Source: Gammaproteobacteria bacterium (GTDB lineage Bacteria; Pseudomonadota; Gammaproteobacteria; SG8-11). Taken from it: a stretch of 64,000 bases of DNA. The notes under the pieces are model-generated. The model searched no databases and was not told where the DNA came from. It saw only the letters and a list, made by a program, of their open reading frames with translations. Where the stretch lies: NCBI GenBank assembly GCA_031363085.1, contig JANLTU010000004.1:3055-67054 (forward strand), in the 5' to 3' direction. A program made the position numbers and the translations under genes. Positions 1 through 12,326 of the stretch are shown here, piece after piece (within the stretch, counting starts at the first letter, position 1; the number at the start of each line of letters is the position of its first letter).

Positions 1-1699
1 AATCGTTGTCGACGAAGCTATCGAAATCTTGCGGATCGCCGGAGAGCGAATACAACAACAGATACTGTGCGATCAAGTCACGTTGATCGGGGATAGTAAA
101 ATAAGCCGGATCATCGGCATGGACCGCTTGATTCATGCGCTTGATCAAATCTGCAAGCGACTGCGTTTTACCGACCTGCGGCTGACTTTCGAGGAACGTT
201 TGTAACTTGACCATGCCTTGTAAAATTTTGGGATCTTTAATGCTGTCCACGCCCTGGCCTTCGATCAGGAAAAACAGCGATCCGGTACCTGCAAGGCGCT
301 CGTTCAACACGGCATCGTCACTGCGCACTTCGCTGCCGGCGTTGTTGTAACGTTTCAGGCTGTTGTCAGTGTGCAGTTTGAGCACACCCAGAAAAGCGAC
401 GCTGATCAGCGCCAGCGCAATGCCTAAGATCCACGGTGCCCGGCCACCGACGAGATTGCTTGCGAGACTATTGAGCGTGCGATCAAGAATACCGGCGCGC
501 TGCTCGCGCTCGACCTCGATTCTTTTGGGCGCAGGTAGCCACGTGCGCAAGACCGGAATCAAGCTCATTTCCAGAATCAGCGCGCCGAGAATGCCGCTAC
601 CGGCAAACACACCAAAATGGCGCACCACGGAAATCCCGGCGGTCGCCAGGGAGTAAAAAGTGATGGCGGCGATCAAGCCCGCCGTAATCATGGCCGGGCC
701 CACGCGCACCAACGATTCAATCACCGCCGCTTTACTGATTTGTTTGTCGGAAAGCCCGTGCGCGGGCAGCACCTTGAGGCGGTGATATTCTTCGTAATAG
801 CGCTTGAGAATTTGTATGGCGTGACCCGCCGCAACCGCCATGATCAAAATCGGCGTGGTGGTATTCATCCCATCCATATGCACGTTGAACAAACCCATCA
901 GACCCAGCCCCCAGATCACGCTCATGAGTGCCGTGACCACCGGTAACAACATGCCCTGAAAGCTGCGGAACGACCAATATTGGATCGCCATGATGATCAG
1001 CAGCGCGATGCCAAACCACATCGGCATTTTCATCATGTGAAATTCAAACCAAGCCAAGTCGATCGGAACTCCGCCAAGGTAAATGTCCACCGTGGCGTCG
1101 CGTTCCGGATCGGTGACCTTACGGATCGCGGTATACAGGGCGCTGTAACTGGGGTTGTCTTTGTTGATTTTAAAATCGGCAATCACGGCGGCGGTCTTGC
1201 CGTCTTGCGAGGCCAGCGCGTTGATGTAAATCGGGTTGGATGCCACCGCCGCTTTCAAGCGCGCGATATCTTCGGCAGAGCGCGGCATCGTATCCAGCAG
1301 ACCGCGCACCTGCATGCCCTCAGCCGTGCCCTTGATTTCTTTGGCTTGGCGCGCGGCGAGACTGTTGATGTTGTGCCGGATAGCTTCCGGAATCGCCTCG
1401 ATCCCCGCTTGAATGCGCTGAATTTTCGCCAGGATTGCGGGCTGATAAATATCCCCTTCCTTGGGTGCGATGCCGATCATGGTAAAATTGCGACCACCGA
1501 ATACGCTTTCGAGCAACTTGGTGGCTTTGACGTAGGGATGCGACTGCGGTGCCCAGATATCCGGGTCCATGTCGATTTTCAGGCTAGTCATCTGCATACC
1601 AAGAAATACGGTCACGCCCAAAATGGCCAGCATGACTAAACTGCGCCAACGCAAAATAAATTCCGCGTACCACTTTAACCAGTTTGTTGCTTTGTTCAT
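1..1699 (-). CDS. RND-superfamily (MMPL-type) membrane exporter. The start codon is in the window; the 3' end runs off the window start.
   Basis: Reverse-strand translation from ATG at 1699: MNKATNWLKWYAEFILRWRSLVMLAILGVTVFLGMQMTSLKIDMDPDIWAPQ..., with the multi-TM RND/MMPL-like pattern. RBS GAGGAA sits 7 nt upstream. The frame continues to coordinate 1. It is not in the ORF track because it is truncated. Confidence 0.7.
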   Translation of the reverse strand, partial: MNKATNWLKWYAEFILRWRSLVMLAILGVTVFLGMQMTSLKIDMDPDIWAPQSHPYVKATKLLESVFGGRNFTMIGIAPKEGDIYQPAILAKIQRIQAGIEAIPEAIRHNINSLAARQAKEIKGTAEGMQVRGLLDTMPRSAEDIARLKAAVASNPIYINALASQDGKTAAVIADFKINKDNPSYSALYTAIRKVTDPERDATVDIYLGGVPIDLAWFEFHMMKMPMWFGIALLIIMAIQYWSFRSFQGMLLPVVTALMSVIWGLGLMGLFNVHMDGMNTTTPILIMAVAAGHAIQILKRYYEEYHRLKVLPAHGLSDKQISKAAVIESLVRVGPAMITAGLIAAITFYSLATAGISVVRHFGVFAGSGILGALILEMSLIPVLRTWLPAPKRIEVEREQRAGILDRTLNSLASNLVGGRAPWILGIALALISVAFLGVLKLHTDNSLKRYNNAGSEVRSDDAVLNERLAGTGSLFFLIEGQGVDSIKDPKILQGMVKLQTFLESQPQVGKTQSLADLIKRMNQAVHADDPAYFTIPDQRDLIAQYLLLYSLSGDPQDFDSFVDND

Positions 1700-1787
1700 G
1701 ACACGTTCCTCGCGACCTTCGAAATATGACCACCCATGAAACTGATAACTAACCTTCCAACTGCCGCCACCCTCTCACAACTAAATA

Positions 1788-1811
1788 GTGAACAATAAAT
1801 AAAATATTCAC
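1788..1811. promoter_or_regulatory. Candidate TetR operator A: GTGAACAATAAATAAAATATTCAC, an imperfect palindrome GTGAA..TTCAC, upstream of the exporter gene.
   Basis: The 12-mer GTGAACAATAAA occurs again at 2456..2467 upstream of the TetR gene. It lies in the 126-bp gap between the TetR stop and the exporter start. Confidence 0.4.
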
Positions 1812-1827
1812 ATCTTAGCCAAAAAAT

Positions 1828-2433
1828 TCAGCGCTTCTCCAGACCGCGCACGATGAGCTCCATCATTTGCTTAAACAATTGCTCGAATTGCTCCCTGGTA
1901 TACCAATGAAGGAAATACGGCACACAAAATATTGTGGTCGCCACAATCACGGTTTCGGCGCTGGCTGATGGGTCGCGTACGTCGAACTCTCCGGAAGCAT
2001 TTCCTTGCGCCAAAACCGTCGCCAGTAACGAGCGCGTCACTTCTTTGTGCTGACCGATAATATCTGCGCGCTCGCGTGAGATCATTTCGACCAATTCGCC
2101 GATGCGCGGTTTATCGTGAAATTGCTCGTAAGTGAAGCGGAATAAGGCGCGCACAAATGCTTCCAGCCGCTGAGTGGCGCTCAGCCCCGGCTGCACTATG
2201 ACGTCACGCAGACGGCGCTCTTTTTCCGCAAGCGTTTGACACGCAAGCGCTGCGCCGATCGCTTGCTTGTCTTCGAAAAACCGATACAGATTCGCTGCCG
2301 ACATATCACAGTCCTTGGCGATCTCGGCCATGGTGGTTTTGTTGTAACCATACTGGCCGAAGCGTGCCCGCGTTGCGATAAGCACACGTTCGCGCACTTC
2401 CTCAGCAAGGCTTGAGTGTCCGGCTTTTATCAT
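1828..2433 (-). CDS. TetR/AcrR family transcriptional regulator
   Basis: 201 aa. N-terminal HTH (RERVLIATRARFGQYGYNKTTMAEIAKDCDMSAANLYRFFEDKQAI) typical of TetR, placed immediately upstream of the exporter in the same orientation. Confidence 0.85.
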   Translation of the reverse strand: MIKAGHSSLAEEVRERVLIATRARFGQYGYNKTTMAEIAKDCDMSAANLYRFFEDKQAIGAALACQTLAEKERRLRDVIVQPGLSATQRLEAFVRALFRFTYEQFHDKPRIGELVEMISRERADIIGQHKEVTRSLLATVLAQGNASGEFDVRDPSASAETVIVATTIFCVPYFLHWYTREQFEQLFKQMMELIVRGLEKR

Positions 2434-2455
2434 GTGTTGAATAATAGCGAGTAAT

Positions 2456-2478
2456 TTGTGAACAATAAAGAATTTATT
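2456..2478. promoter_or_regulatory. Candidate TetR operator B: GTGAACAATAAAGAATTTATTCA, with inverted half-sites TGAAcAATAAA / TTTATTCA. It sits 23-45 bp upstream of the TetR start.
   Basis: Same 12-mer as operator A. The AATAAA-gaa-TTTATT core is a perfect palindrome. Confidence 0.4.
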
Positions 2479-2728
2479 CAGGCATCAGATCACACGTGCA
2501 TAGTTTAGTTGGGGCCACCATGCCAAGGTGAGAATGCCTCTGCAAAGACTCGCCAGCGCGACTTAGAGTGAGCTTCGTATTGCGCACTGATTCTTAGCTT
2601 CGCCTATGTGTGTCAGAACGAAGATCCAGCATGAATACACCAAGACCTACGGTCGCGTTTTACCCAAACTCATCGTTGCTCGACCAAGCTACACTCGCCT
2701 TGCATTCGACGTGCTAACATTCCGCACC

Positions 2729-3523
2729 ATGCTAACTCACCCCGATATTAACCCGGTTGCAATCAGTCTCGGCCCGCTGCAAGTGCATTGGTATGGCCTG
2801 ATGTATTTGGTTGCGTTTCTGTCTTTTTATTGGCTGGGCTCGCTGCGCGCCAAACAACCCGACTCCGGCTGGAAAGTGGACGAAGTCGGCGACTTATTAT
2901 TCTACGGTGCGCTCGGTGTAATTTTGGGCGGACGCTTCGGTTATGTGCTGTTTTACGATCTGAGCAATTACATTTCACAGCCGCTGAACATTTTCAAAAT
3001 CTGGCAAGGGGGCATGTCGTTTCACGGCGGTTTGCTGGGCGTAATCGTCGGCATGGTGGTGTTTGCGCGCCGCACGCAGCGCACATTTTTTCAGGTCGCG
3101 GATTTCGTCGCACCACTGGTGCCGCTGGGCTACGGCGCCGGGCGTATCGGCAACTTTATCAACGGCGAATTATGGGGCCGCGTCACCGACGTGCCCTGGG
3201 GCATGGTATTCCAAAACGCACCGGATCAGTTGCCGCGCCATCCGTCGCAATTGTATCAAGCGTTTCTCGGCGGCTTAGTCATCTTCACGATCATCTGGCT
3301 GTATTCGCGCAAGCCGCGCCCCACCATGGCGGTGTCGAGTTTGTTTCTGATCTGCTTCGGCAGTTACCGTTTCTTTGTCGAATTCTTCCGCCAACCCGAT
3401 GTGCAACTGGGCTTCGTCGCGTTTGATTGGCTGACCATGGGACAAATCCTGTCCGCGCCGCTGGTGCCAATAGGAATCGCGATGTTGGTGGTGGCGTACC
3501 GCAGGCACAAGCAGCCCGCATAA
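2729..3523 (+). CDS. lgt: Prolipoprotein diacylglyceryl transferase
   Basis: Strong Lgt family similarity ([59 protein letters not shown]). The true start is the internal ATG at 2729 (MLTHPDINP). Confidence 0.9.
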   Translation: MLTHPDINPVAISLGPLQVHWYGLMYLVAFLSFYWLGSLRAKQPDSGWKVDEVGDLLFYGALGVILGGRFGYVLFYDLSNYISQPLNIFKIWQGGMSFHGGLLGVIVGMVVFARRTQRTFFQVADFVAPLVPLGYGAGRIGNFINGELWGRVTDVPWGMVFQNAPDQLPRHPSQLYQAFLGGLVIFTIIWLYSRKPRPTMAVSSLFLICFGSYRFFVEFFRQPDVQLGFVAFDWLTMGQILSAPLVPIGIAMLVVAYRRHKQPA

Positions 3524-3543
3524 CTTTCATCAAGGATCACCAC

Positions 3544-3930
3544 ATGATTGACCATACCGGCATTGACGTAGACGACTTCGAACGCAGCAAAGCTTTCTAC
3601 AGCCGCGCTTTGGCGCCACTGGGATATGCGTTGCTGATGGAGTTTCCAGCCGCAGTGACTGGTCATACCGATGTCGCAGGTTTTGGCGAGGTGCCGAAAC
3701 CCGACTTTTGGATCAGCCGGGGTACAGCGAACCGTCCGCCCATTCACGTAGCGTTTCGTGCCGCCAATCGCAAAACAGTTGATGCGTTTTATCACGCGGC
3801 ACTCGCGGCGGGCGGCAAAGACCACGGCGCACCGGGATTGCGGCCACATTATCATCCCAACTACTACGGCGCTTTCGTGATCGATCCTGACGGCCACAAC
3901 ATCGAAGCGGTGTGTCACACACCGGAGTAA
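3544..3930 (+). CDS. VOC/glyoxalase-family protein
   Basis: 128 aa starting MIDHTGIDVDDFERSKAFY, a VOC-fold signature. The listed ORF start at 3427 overlaps lgt and is unlikely. Confidence 0.7.
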   Translation: MIDHTGIDVDDFERSKAFYSRALAPLGYALLMEFPAAVTGHTDVAGFGEVPKPDFWISRGTANRPPIHVAFRAANRKTVDAFYHAALAAGGKDHGAPGLRPHYHPNYYGAFVIDPDGHNIEAVCHTPE

Positions 3931-3939
3931 CCAGCTCGC

Positions 3940-4734
3940 ATGCAGCAATATCTCGATTTACTACGCCATGTGCGCACCCACGGCACGCGCAAGGAAGATC
4001 GCACCGGCACCGGCACGTTGAGCGTGTTTGGCTACCAGATGCGCTTTGATCTCGCCGCTGGGTTCCCGGTCGTGACTACAAAAAAACTGCACCTGCGTTC
4101 GATCATTCATGAGCTGCTGTGGTTTATTCGCGGCGACACCAACGTGAAATATCTGCGCGACCACGGCGTAAGCATCTGGGATGAGTGGGCCGATGCCAAC
4201 GACGACCTCGGCCCGGTGTACGGCAAGCAGTGGCGTTCGTGGTCCACCGCTGACGGGCGCAGCATCGACCAGCTCAGCGAGGTGATCGCGCAGATCAAAC
4301 GCAATCCCGACTCGCGCAGACTCATTGTCAGCGCCTGGAACGTCGGCGAGATCGAGCAGATGAAACTGCCGCCCTGCCATTTGCTATTTCAGTTCTACGT
4401 CGCCGGCGGCAAACTTTCTTGCCAGCTCTACCAGCGCAGCGCAGATATTTTTTTAGGCGTGCCATTCAACATCGCGTCATATGCGCTGTTAACGCGCATG
4501 ATCGCGCAGGTGTGCGAGTTGCAACCCGGCGATTTCGTGCACACGCTCGGTGACGCACATGTGTATCTGAATCACCTCGATCAGGCCGACACCCAGTTGG
4601 CGCGCTCGCCCTTTCCGCTACCTACGTTGAACATCAATCCCGCCGTGCGCTCTATCTGCGATTTCAAATACGCAGACTTCGAACTCGCCGACTATCAATG
4701 CCACCCCGCCATCAAGGCACCGGTGGCGGTGTAA
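3940..4734 (+). CDS. thyA: Thymidylate synthase
   Basis: 264 aa with the canonical ThyA sequence ([42 protein letters not shown]). Confidence 0.95.
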   Translation: MQQYLDLLRHVRTHGTRKEDRTGTGTLSVFGYQMRFDLAAGFPVVTTKKLHLRSIIHELLWFIRGDTNVKYLRDHGVSIWDEWADANDDLGPVYGKQWRSWSTADGRSIDQLSEVIAQIKRNPDSRRLIVSAWNVGEIEQMKLPPCHLLFQFYVAGGKLSCQLYQRSADIFLGVPFNIASYALLTRMIAQVCELQPGDFVHTLGDAHVYLNHLDQADTQLARSPFPLPTLNINPAVRSICDFKYADFELADYQCHPAIKAPVAV

Positions 4735-5225
4735 TGCCGTGCATTGCGTTAATTGCAGCGATGGCGGACAACCGCGTAATCGGTGTTGCGAACAAGCTGC
4801 CGTGGAAGTTGCCGGCCGACATGCAGTGGTTTCGTCAGCAGACGCTGGGCAAGCCGATTGTGATGGGGCGCAAAACCTTTGCATCGTTTGGCGCCAAACC
4901 ACTGCCGGGCCGCACCAATATTATCGTGACCAGCGACCTTAACTATCGTGCCGCAGCGTGCATCGTTGCACACACTATTGAAGACGCGTTGCGACTCGCC
5001 GGCGAAGTAACGGAAGTGATGATCATCGGCGGTGCATCGTTTTATGCGCAGATGTTGCCGCGCGCGGAGCGCTTGTATCTGACCTTGGTTCACCACCACT
5101 TCGACGGCGACAGTTGCTTTCCGGAATTGGATTGGACGCAATGGCATGAAACGCAGCGCATCGAGCGTGCGCCAGATGAAAAAAATCCCTACGCGTGTTC
5201 GTTTCTGATTTTAGACCGCGCCTGA
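4734..5225 (+). CDS. folA: Dihydrofolate reductase
   Basis: Start ATG overlaps the thyA stop as TAATG. Motifs [44 protein letters not shown] and IIGGASFY match type I DHFR. Confidence 0.9.
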   Translation: MPCIALIAAMADNRVIGVANKLPWKLPADMQWFRQQTLGKPIVMGRKTFASFGAKPLPGRTNIIVTSDLNYRAAACIVAHTIEDALRLAGEVTEVMIIGGASFYAQMLPRAERLYLTLVHHHFDGDSCFPELDWTQWHETQRIERAPDEKNPYACSFLILDRA

Positions 5226-6047
5226 TCCGGGCAGGCGTGCACCCGGGCAATCGACGCTGATCGGCGTTACGTCCGCATCCAGTCGCAACGCTGTCAGCGC
5301 CCCACCCCACACACAACCGGTGTCGAGCGCATACACGTTGTGTTCGAGCACCAGGCCCAGTGTTGACCAATGACCGAAAATGATTTTAGTCGCGGTGCTT
5401 TGGCGCCCCGGCGCGCGAAACCACGGCGTGAGGTGACGCCGGGTGTGCGGTGCGCCTTTTTCTTTGTGCAACACACGACCAGCAGCATCGACGTAACGCA
5501 GGCGCGTAAAGCAATTCACGATAAACCGCAGTCGCGCCCAACCGGATAAATCCGCCCGCCATACGTCCGGCTCGTTGCCGTACATGTGCTGAAAAAATTC
5601 ATTGTGCTCTTCGCTGCGCAACATAGCCTCGACTTCTGCCGCGCAGCGCTGCGCCTGCGCCAGATCCCACTGCGGCGGCAAACCGGCATGCAACAGGGCG
5701 TAACCGCGCGTGGCGTCGTGGTGCAGCAGCGGCCGCCACCGCAACCAGTCCAGTAATTCGTCACGATCTGGCGCGTTTAGAATTTCACCGAGCGTGTCGT
5801 CGGGTTTGCTGCGGTCGATACCAGCGGCAATCGCCAGCAGGTGCAAGTCATGATTGCCCAGCACGCTGATCGCGCTAGGGCCCAGCGACTTGACAAAGCG
5901 CAGCACCGCCAGCGACTTGGGCCCACGATTCACCAGATCGCCGACCAACCAAAGTTGATCGATGCGCGCATCGAAATGCAGCGTGTCGAGCAGACGTTGC
6001 AGTTCGTCGTAACAGCCTTGTATGTCGCCGATGGCGTAGAGCGCCAT
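5211..6047 (-). CDS. apaH: Bis(5'-nucleosyl)-tetraphosphatase (symmetrical)
   Basis: 278 aa. N-terminus MALYAIGDIQGCYDELQRLL, GDLVNRGP and GNHD are ApaH metallophosphatase motifs. Confidence 0.9.
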   Translation of the reverse strand: MALYAIGDIQGCYDELQRLLDTLHFDARIDQLWLVGDLVNRGPKSLAVLRFVKSLGPSAISVLGNHDLHLLAIAAGIDRSKPDDTLGEILNAPDRDELLDWLRWRPLLHHDATRGYALLHAGLPPQWDLAQAQRCAAEVEAMLRSEEHNEFFQHMYGNEPDVWRADLSGWARLRFIVNCFTRLRYVDAAGRVLHKEKGAPHTRRHLTPWFRAPGRQSTATKIIFGHWSTLGLVLEHNVYALDTGCVWGGALTALRLDADVTPISVDCPGARLPGSGAV

Positions 6048-6129
6048 GCGCGTGTCTCCGAAATTGATCGGGCATTGTACGAATTAAAGTCCGGCCTGCC
6101 CACGGACGCCAACGGAATAACTTGTTAGG

Positions 6130-6717
6130 ATGTTAGGCATGTCGAGCAAACGCTTTGTCGCCCCCGGTTCACTGTTCGTCACCGGTACAGCTATTTTCTT
6201 CACCGCATTACTCTTCGAAACGCTGCTGCTGGCGGTGCTCAATCGCGAGATGGTGAATAACATGCTGTTCCCAATTTCTCAATATCTGCCGATGTTCGAG
6301 GTGATTTGGAAAGATAATCCGTGGGCGGCGCTGCAAATTCTTGCCGATAAAAGCGTGTTGGCCGTGGGCCACTATGACGCAGCCAGCGGTCTATATTTAT
6401 GGACGCTGGAGTTCAACGCATTGTCACTGCTGTTGCATCTGCTGGGCGCCGTCGTCATCGCCAAACTGATCGCGCTGCCGCGCCCGCTCTTCGGATCGAT
6501 GGTCACGGGGGTTGCGCTGGTGATCATGTCGCACACATACATCACCGTGATGGCGCACTGCGCCGGACCCACATGGGTCGGCTTTGTCACGCTGTACGGC
6601 TTAGGGGTGGATAAATTTCCGGTCAATTCGACTTGGCAGTGGCTGTTTTTTGCAGCCGGCGTGTTACTTGTGATTATTGCCCGAGCGCGTGCGGCTTCAC
6701 TTGCAACCAAAAGGTAA
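6130..6717 (+). CDS. Hypothetical multi-TM membrane protein
   Basis: 195-aa ORF with about five hydrophobic segments and no recognisable family. Its 3' end overlaps the convergent dtd by 44 nt, so the call is tentative. Confidence 0.4.
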   Translation: MLGMSSKRFVAPGSLFVTGTAIFFTALLFETLLLAVLNREMVNNMLFPISQYLPMFEVIWKDNPWAALQILADKSVLAVGHYDAASGLYLWTLEFNALSLLLHLLGAVVIAKLIALPRPLFGSMVTGVALVIMSHTYITVMAHCAGPTWVGFVTLYGLGVDKFPVNSTWQWLFFAAGVLLVIIARARAASLATKR

Positions 6718-7132
6718 CGGGTCCGTCGTTGACAAGAGTCACTTGCATGTCGGCACCGAAGCTGCCGGTTTGAACACAGGCATGCTGCGCGCGCGCCTGC
6801 CCGACCAAATACTCGAATAATCGTTGCCCTGCGCCGGGTTCCGCCGCCGGCGTAAAACTCGGCCGCATGCCTGTGCGCGTGTCGGCCGCGAGCGTGAACT
6901 GCGGCACTAGCAGCACACCACCGCCGATGTCCCGCACACTATGATTCAGCTTGTTTTGCTCGTCCGGAAACATGCGGTAACCCAGCATGCGCGCAAGCAA
7001 ACGGTCGGCAATGGCGACATCATCGCCACGCTCCACGCCAATCAGCGCCAAGACGCCGCACCCTATGGCGCCAACGCTTGATTTTTTTACTTCGACACGT
7101 GCGGCGCTGACGCGCTGCAGCAACGCGATCAT
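6674..7132 (-). CDS. dtd: D-aminoacyl-tRNA deacylase
   Basis: 152 aa. [15 protein letters not shown]...[17 protein letters not shown]...[20 protein letters not shown] is the canonical Dtd sequence. Confidence 0.92.
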   Translation of the reverse strand: MIALLQRVSAARVEVKKSSVGAIGCGVLALIGVERGDDVAIADRLLARMLGYRMFPDEQNKLNHSVRDIGGGVLLVPQFTLAADTRTGMRPSFTPAAEPGAGQRLFEYLVGQARAQHACVQTGSFGADMQVTLVNDGPVTFWLQVKPHALGQ

Positions 7133-8079
7133 TTAAATCTGGCGCCCATCACATCGGCGGCTTGCACCAGCGCATCGGTAATGCCGGGTTCGAAAGCGGA
7201 ATGTCCGGCGGCGGAAATGATACGCAACTCGGATTGTGGCCAAGCTTTGTGTAATTCCCATGCATTGGCCACCGGGCACACGGTGTCGTAGCGGCCGTGC
7301 ACGATGACGCCGGGAATGTCTTTCAAACGTGCCGCGTCACGCAAAATCTGGCCCGGCATGAGGAAGCTGTTATTGACAAAATAGTGACACTCGATCCGCG
7401 CCAAACTCAACGCCGTGTATGGATTGGAAAAATGTTCGACGACATTTTTGTTCGGATTCAGCGTCGCGCAACGCCCCTCCCACACCGACCAAGCCTTGGC
7501 CGCCGACATACGCGCGATTTCATCTTTGCCGGTGAGGCGGCGATAGTAAGCCTGCACCAAGTCGTTGCGTTCTTCGGGCGAAATGGGATGTAAAAAATCT
7601 TCCCAATAATCCGGGTAGAGACGATTAGCGCCTTCCTGGTAGAACCAACGGATCTCCCATTCGCGACACAAAAAAATGCCGCGCAGAATCAGCCCCAGTA
7701 CGCGTGTCGGATGGGTTTGTGCATACACCAAGCTCAAGGTCGAGCCCCAGGACCCGCCAAAAATTACCCAACGCTGGATGCCAAGAATGGTGCGGATGTG
7801 TTCCATATCCGCGACCAAGGCTTGCGTGGTGTTGCCGTCAAGCTCGGCATGCGGTTTGGATTTGCCGCAGCCGCGCTGATCAAACAACACGATGCGAAAA
7901 ACATTGGGGTCAAAGAAGCTGCGATGCTGCGGTTCACACCCGGCGCCCGGGCCACCGTGCACAAAAATCACCGGAACCCCTTGCGGGTTGCCGCACTCCT
8001 CGACATGTAACACATGCAACGCATCGACTGCGAGGCTGTGAACGACGTAAGGCTTGATGAGTGGGTAGAGGGTACGCAT
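7129..8079 (-). CDS. pip: Proline iminopeptidase (alpha/beta hydrolase, S33 family)
   Basis: 316 aa with HGGPGAG, the nucleophile elbow GGSWGSTL, and prolyl aminopeptidase family similarity throughout. Confidence 0.9.
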   Translation of the reverse strand: MRTLYPLIKPYVVHSLAVDALHVLHVEECGNPQGVPVIFVHGGPGAGCEPQHRSFFDPNVFRIVLFDQRGCGKSKPHAELDGNTTQALVADMEHIRTILGIQRWVIFGGSWGSTLSLVYAQTHPTRVLGLILRGIFLCREWEIRWFYQEGANRLYPDYWEDFLHPISPEERNDLVQAYYRRLTGKDEIARMSAAKAWSVWEGRCATLNPNKNVVEHFSNPYTALSLARIECHYFVNNSFLMPGQILRDAARLKDIPGVIVHGRYDTVCPVANAWELHKAWPQSELRIISAAGHSAFEPGITDALVQAADVMGARFK

Positions 8080-8090
8080 GATCGCGACAG

Positions 8091-8651
8091 TCAGTCCTTC
8101 ACCGGCTCGCCTTTAAAACCGATGAGCGCCGCCACGCCGATGGTCAGCAATGCGGCCAACACCAACACCGGTCCGATTCCCGACTTCATCACTGGCACTG
8201 CCCAGTATTGATCCAGCGCAACCACCAAGTACAACACACCTGAATGCAATAACGTGCCAAGTATAAACAACCAACTGATGATTTGTTTAAACAGCGGTGC
8301 CACAGCGATAAAACACAGGGCGATGCCGGCGGCGATGTTGAGCAGCGCCTCGAGATTGCCGTGCGCATGCGGGCCGGATTTTATAGCGTCAATCGGGGCC
8401 TGTGCGTTGTAGAGCAAGTTCAGCGCAAGGATGCCGGCCGTGTTGGCCTTGGCGACTGCATCGGTCGGCAGGGCCTGTAAGTCTTCTTCAAAATTGTTTT
8501 CTTGCAGTTGTTGCAGGCGACCGACTTTTTCCTGCTTCACCGCACGCGCCTCATCGACGCCGGGCACGTACTTCACCGCCATATAGGGACCCAAGGCCGC
8601 CGTAACCACCAACATCAGAAACCCAAATACCACGTTCTTTTTGCCGATCAT
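8091..8651 (-). CDS. Hypothetical 4-TM membrane protein
   Basis: Start placed at ATG 8651 (MIGKKNVVFGFLMLVV...), which follows a GGGAGGGA RBS. The ORF-track start at 8696 lacks an RBS. Confidence 0.55.
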   Translation of the reverse strand: MIGKKNVVFGFLMLVVTAALGPYMAVKYVPGVDEARAVKQEKVGRLQQLQENNFEEDLQALPTDAVAKANTAGILALNLLYNAQAPIDAIKSGPHAHGNLEALLNIAAGIALCFIAVAPLFKQIISWLFILGTLLHSGVLYLVVALDQYWAVPVMKSGIGPVLVLAALLTIGVAALIGFKGEPVKD

Positions 8652-8714
8652 GATCCCTCCCAAAGCTTGGCTTGGCCGGAACAAAAACTCTAACACAAGA
8701 ACGTGATGCAGGAA

Positions 8715-10538
<1,824 letters not shown>

Positions 10539-10573
10539 GGATTCACAGCTCGTAAAATTGAAAACGAATTTGC

Positions 10574-10606
10574 TAAAAAAAACCGCCGCCCAGAGGGCGG
10601 CGGTTT
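10574..10606. terminator. Bidirectional intrinsic terminator: A8-CCGCCGCCC-aga-GGGCGGCGG-TTT, which reads as T8 on the minus strand.
   Basis: Perfect 9-bp GC stem flanked by an A-tract and a T-tract, immediately after the stop of the minus-strand binding-protein gene. Confidence 0.7.
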
Positions 10607-10643
10607 CGATCCCGCCAAGAGTGGCGGGCAGGATTATACCCGA

Positions 10644-11636
10644 TTACTTGGCGTCGGGGATGGCTTTTGCCTTCAGTTCGTCGGCCGACGCCTTGGCGAA
10701 GCCATATTTGGCGTAAATATTCTGCGCTTCATCGGTCGCCAAGTACGCCAAAAAAGCCGCCGCGTTTTTCGCGTTGCGGCCGTCTTTATATACCCCTGCC
10801 ACATAGCCGGCTTTATCTTGCTTGTTTAACGGCGCGTTAATGGCAACACCCTCCACTTTGCGACCGGTGGCTTTGGCGTGCACCACTTCCGTGGCCCACA
10901 CAATGCCAACATCTGCCTCGCCTTTCTCGATACGCTCCGGAGTCTCGCGATGATGGCGATCAGTGAACCAAGTTTTGTTCGCAACAGCCCAGCAACTTTT
11001 GCACTCTTTCCCGCCGGTAACTTTGTCGTGAATGCCTAAATCTTTCAGCATCTCAGAACCGTAAAATTTGAAGATCCCTTCGGTGAGCGGATTTGGGTGC
11101 GACTGCACCAGATCGTCGCGCTTCAGATCTTCAGCACCCTTAACTTTTTTTGGATTACCCGCCGCAACCATTAATTCCAGCTTGTTATGGGTGTAGGTCT
11201 GGTACTGATCCATCTTGCCCGCGCTTTTCAATTTCTTCAGATGGCCGATTTCGACGCTGGCGTAAACGTCCGGGTTCATCGCTATTTTTTGCCCGTTGAT
11301 TTCGCCTTGCTTGAGCAACTGATCGTTTAGAATCTGACCCGGTGGAATGGTTTCAACGAACGCCGCTTTGACATTAGGGTCTTTCTTCAGAAATCCCTTC
11401 ATCAACTCCTCCATCACCATGAACTGGTTTCCGGCCAGATACACCACCAAGTCGGCCGTATAGGAATCACCGATTTTGCCAAGGTCGATTTTCCCGTCGG
11501 CATAAAACGTCCGGTAATCGGCGTTGCCACCATCGCCCGGCTCAACCTCGCCGGAAAATACCGGCGTGCTTAAAACCATCAGCGAAGCAATCGACATTGC
11601 AAAAAGCGCGTTCTGTACTCGATGTGAAATTTTCAT
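10644..11636 (-). CDS. Orphan periplasmic solute-binding protein, ModA/WtpA-like
   Basis: 330 aa with a signal peptide ([29 protein letters not shown]) and a type-II binding-protein fold pattern resembling molybdate/tungstate/sulfate binding proteins. No cognate permease or ATPase gene is adjacent. Confidence 0.6.
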   Translation of the reverse strand: MKISHRVQNALFAMSIASLMVLSTPVFSGEVEPGDGGNADYRTFYADGKIDLGKIGDSYTADLVVYLAGNQFMVMEELMKGFLKKDPNVKAAFVETIPPGQILNDQLLKQGEINGQKIAMNPDVYASVEIGHLKKLKSAGKMDQYQTYTHNKLELMVAAGNPKKVKGAEDLKRDDLVQSHPNPLTEGIFKFYGSEMLKDLGIHDKVTGGKECKSCWAVANKTWFTDRHHRETPERIEKGEADVGIVWATEVVHAKATGRKVEGVAINAPLNKQDKAGYVAGVYKDGRNAKNAAAFLAYLATDEAQNIYAKYGFAKASADELKAKAIPDAK

Positions 11637-11858
11637 ACCCCTTCTCCTTGTAACCTAAATTTTATGAAATGCCGCAAATCAACCGCGCACGTTTAAAGTG
11701 GATGTGACTAGCAGTCACATCCCATTCCATCCGAATCAAGTTATACAAAGAAAACGCAGGAATAATTTCTTATTATTGTCAACCGAGGTACGGACACCAG
11801 TCCCATTAATACCCCGCCCGCCATGACTGCTTCTTGCACGACGAGCGGGGTAAAACAA

Positions 11859-12326
11859 CTACGGACGGATATAGCCGTAACCGCGTTCTTGCAATTCCAG
11901 GATACGCACGATACCAGCCGGCACCATGTGCGCGCCTTCAGTCAATTCGACTTTCGCGCCAGTATCTTTCTCCATCTTCTTCGCAGTGTTACCGCAAGCT
12001 GCAAAACTAATGTTTTGTACTGCGAGATCTTTAATGCGCTGTGCTACCGGGCTACCTTTAATCAGCATTTTCAAACCGGGGCCAAACGCCACGATTTCAA
12101 TATTGATTTCGTCGATACCCAATTCTTGTTGCACATTAACCGCATTGTTCAACGCCAAGTTAGCAACCTTCTCGTTGTCTTCACTCAACTGGATCACCAT
12201 ATTGTGTGCTTTCTTCGGAAGGATGGGTGCCGACAATTTCTCCGCCGCCACTGCGGCGGTAGACAAGCTGGCCAATAAACCCAATGACGCAATCGCCACC
12301 ACAAACTTCGAAATTACCGATTTCAT
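11859..12326 (-). CDS. Secreted DsrE/DsrF-like (sulfur-relay fold) protein
   Basis: 155 aa with a signal peptide, then a DsrE-family-like core (IEIVAFGPGLKML...NISFAACGNT). Confidence 0.65.
   Translation of the reverse strand: MKSVISKFVVAIASLGLLASLSTAAVAAEKLSAPILPKKAHNMVIQLSEDNEKVANLALNNAVNVQQELGIDEINIEIVAFGPGLKMLIKGSPVAQRIKDLAVQNISFAACGNTAKKMEKDTGAKVELTEGAHMVPAGIVRILELQERGYGYIRP

Noticed and set aside
980-1639. 219-aa plus-strand ORF in the first 1.7 kb
   Set aside because: It lies antisense to the clearly homologous RND/MMPL exporter reading frame. Its translation is low-complexity, H/R/D-rich and has no family resemblance.
10596-10630. GGTTTCGATCCCGCCA, resembling a tRNA T-arm/3' end
   Set aside because: There is no acceptor, D or anticodon arm within the 105-bp intergenic region. 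The sequence is the 3' side of the GC-rich terminator hairpin plus a second small hairpin.
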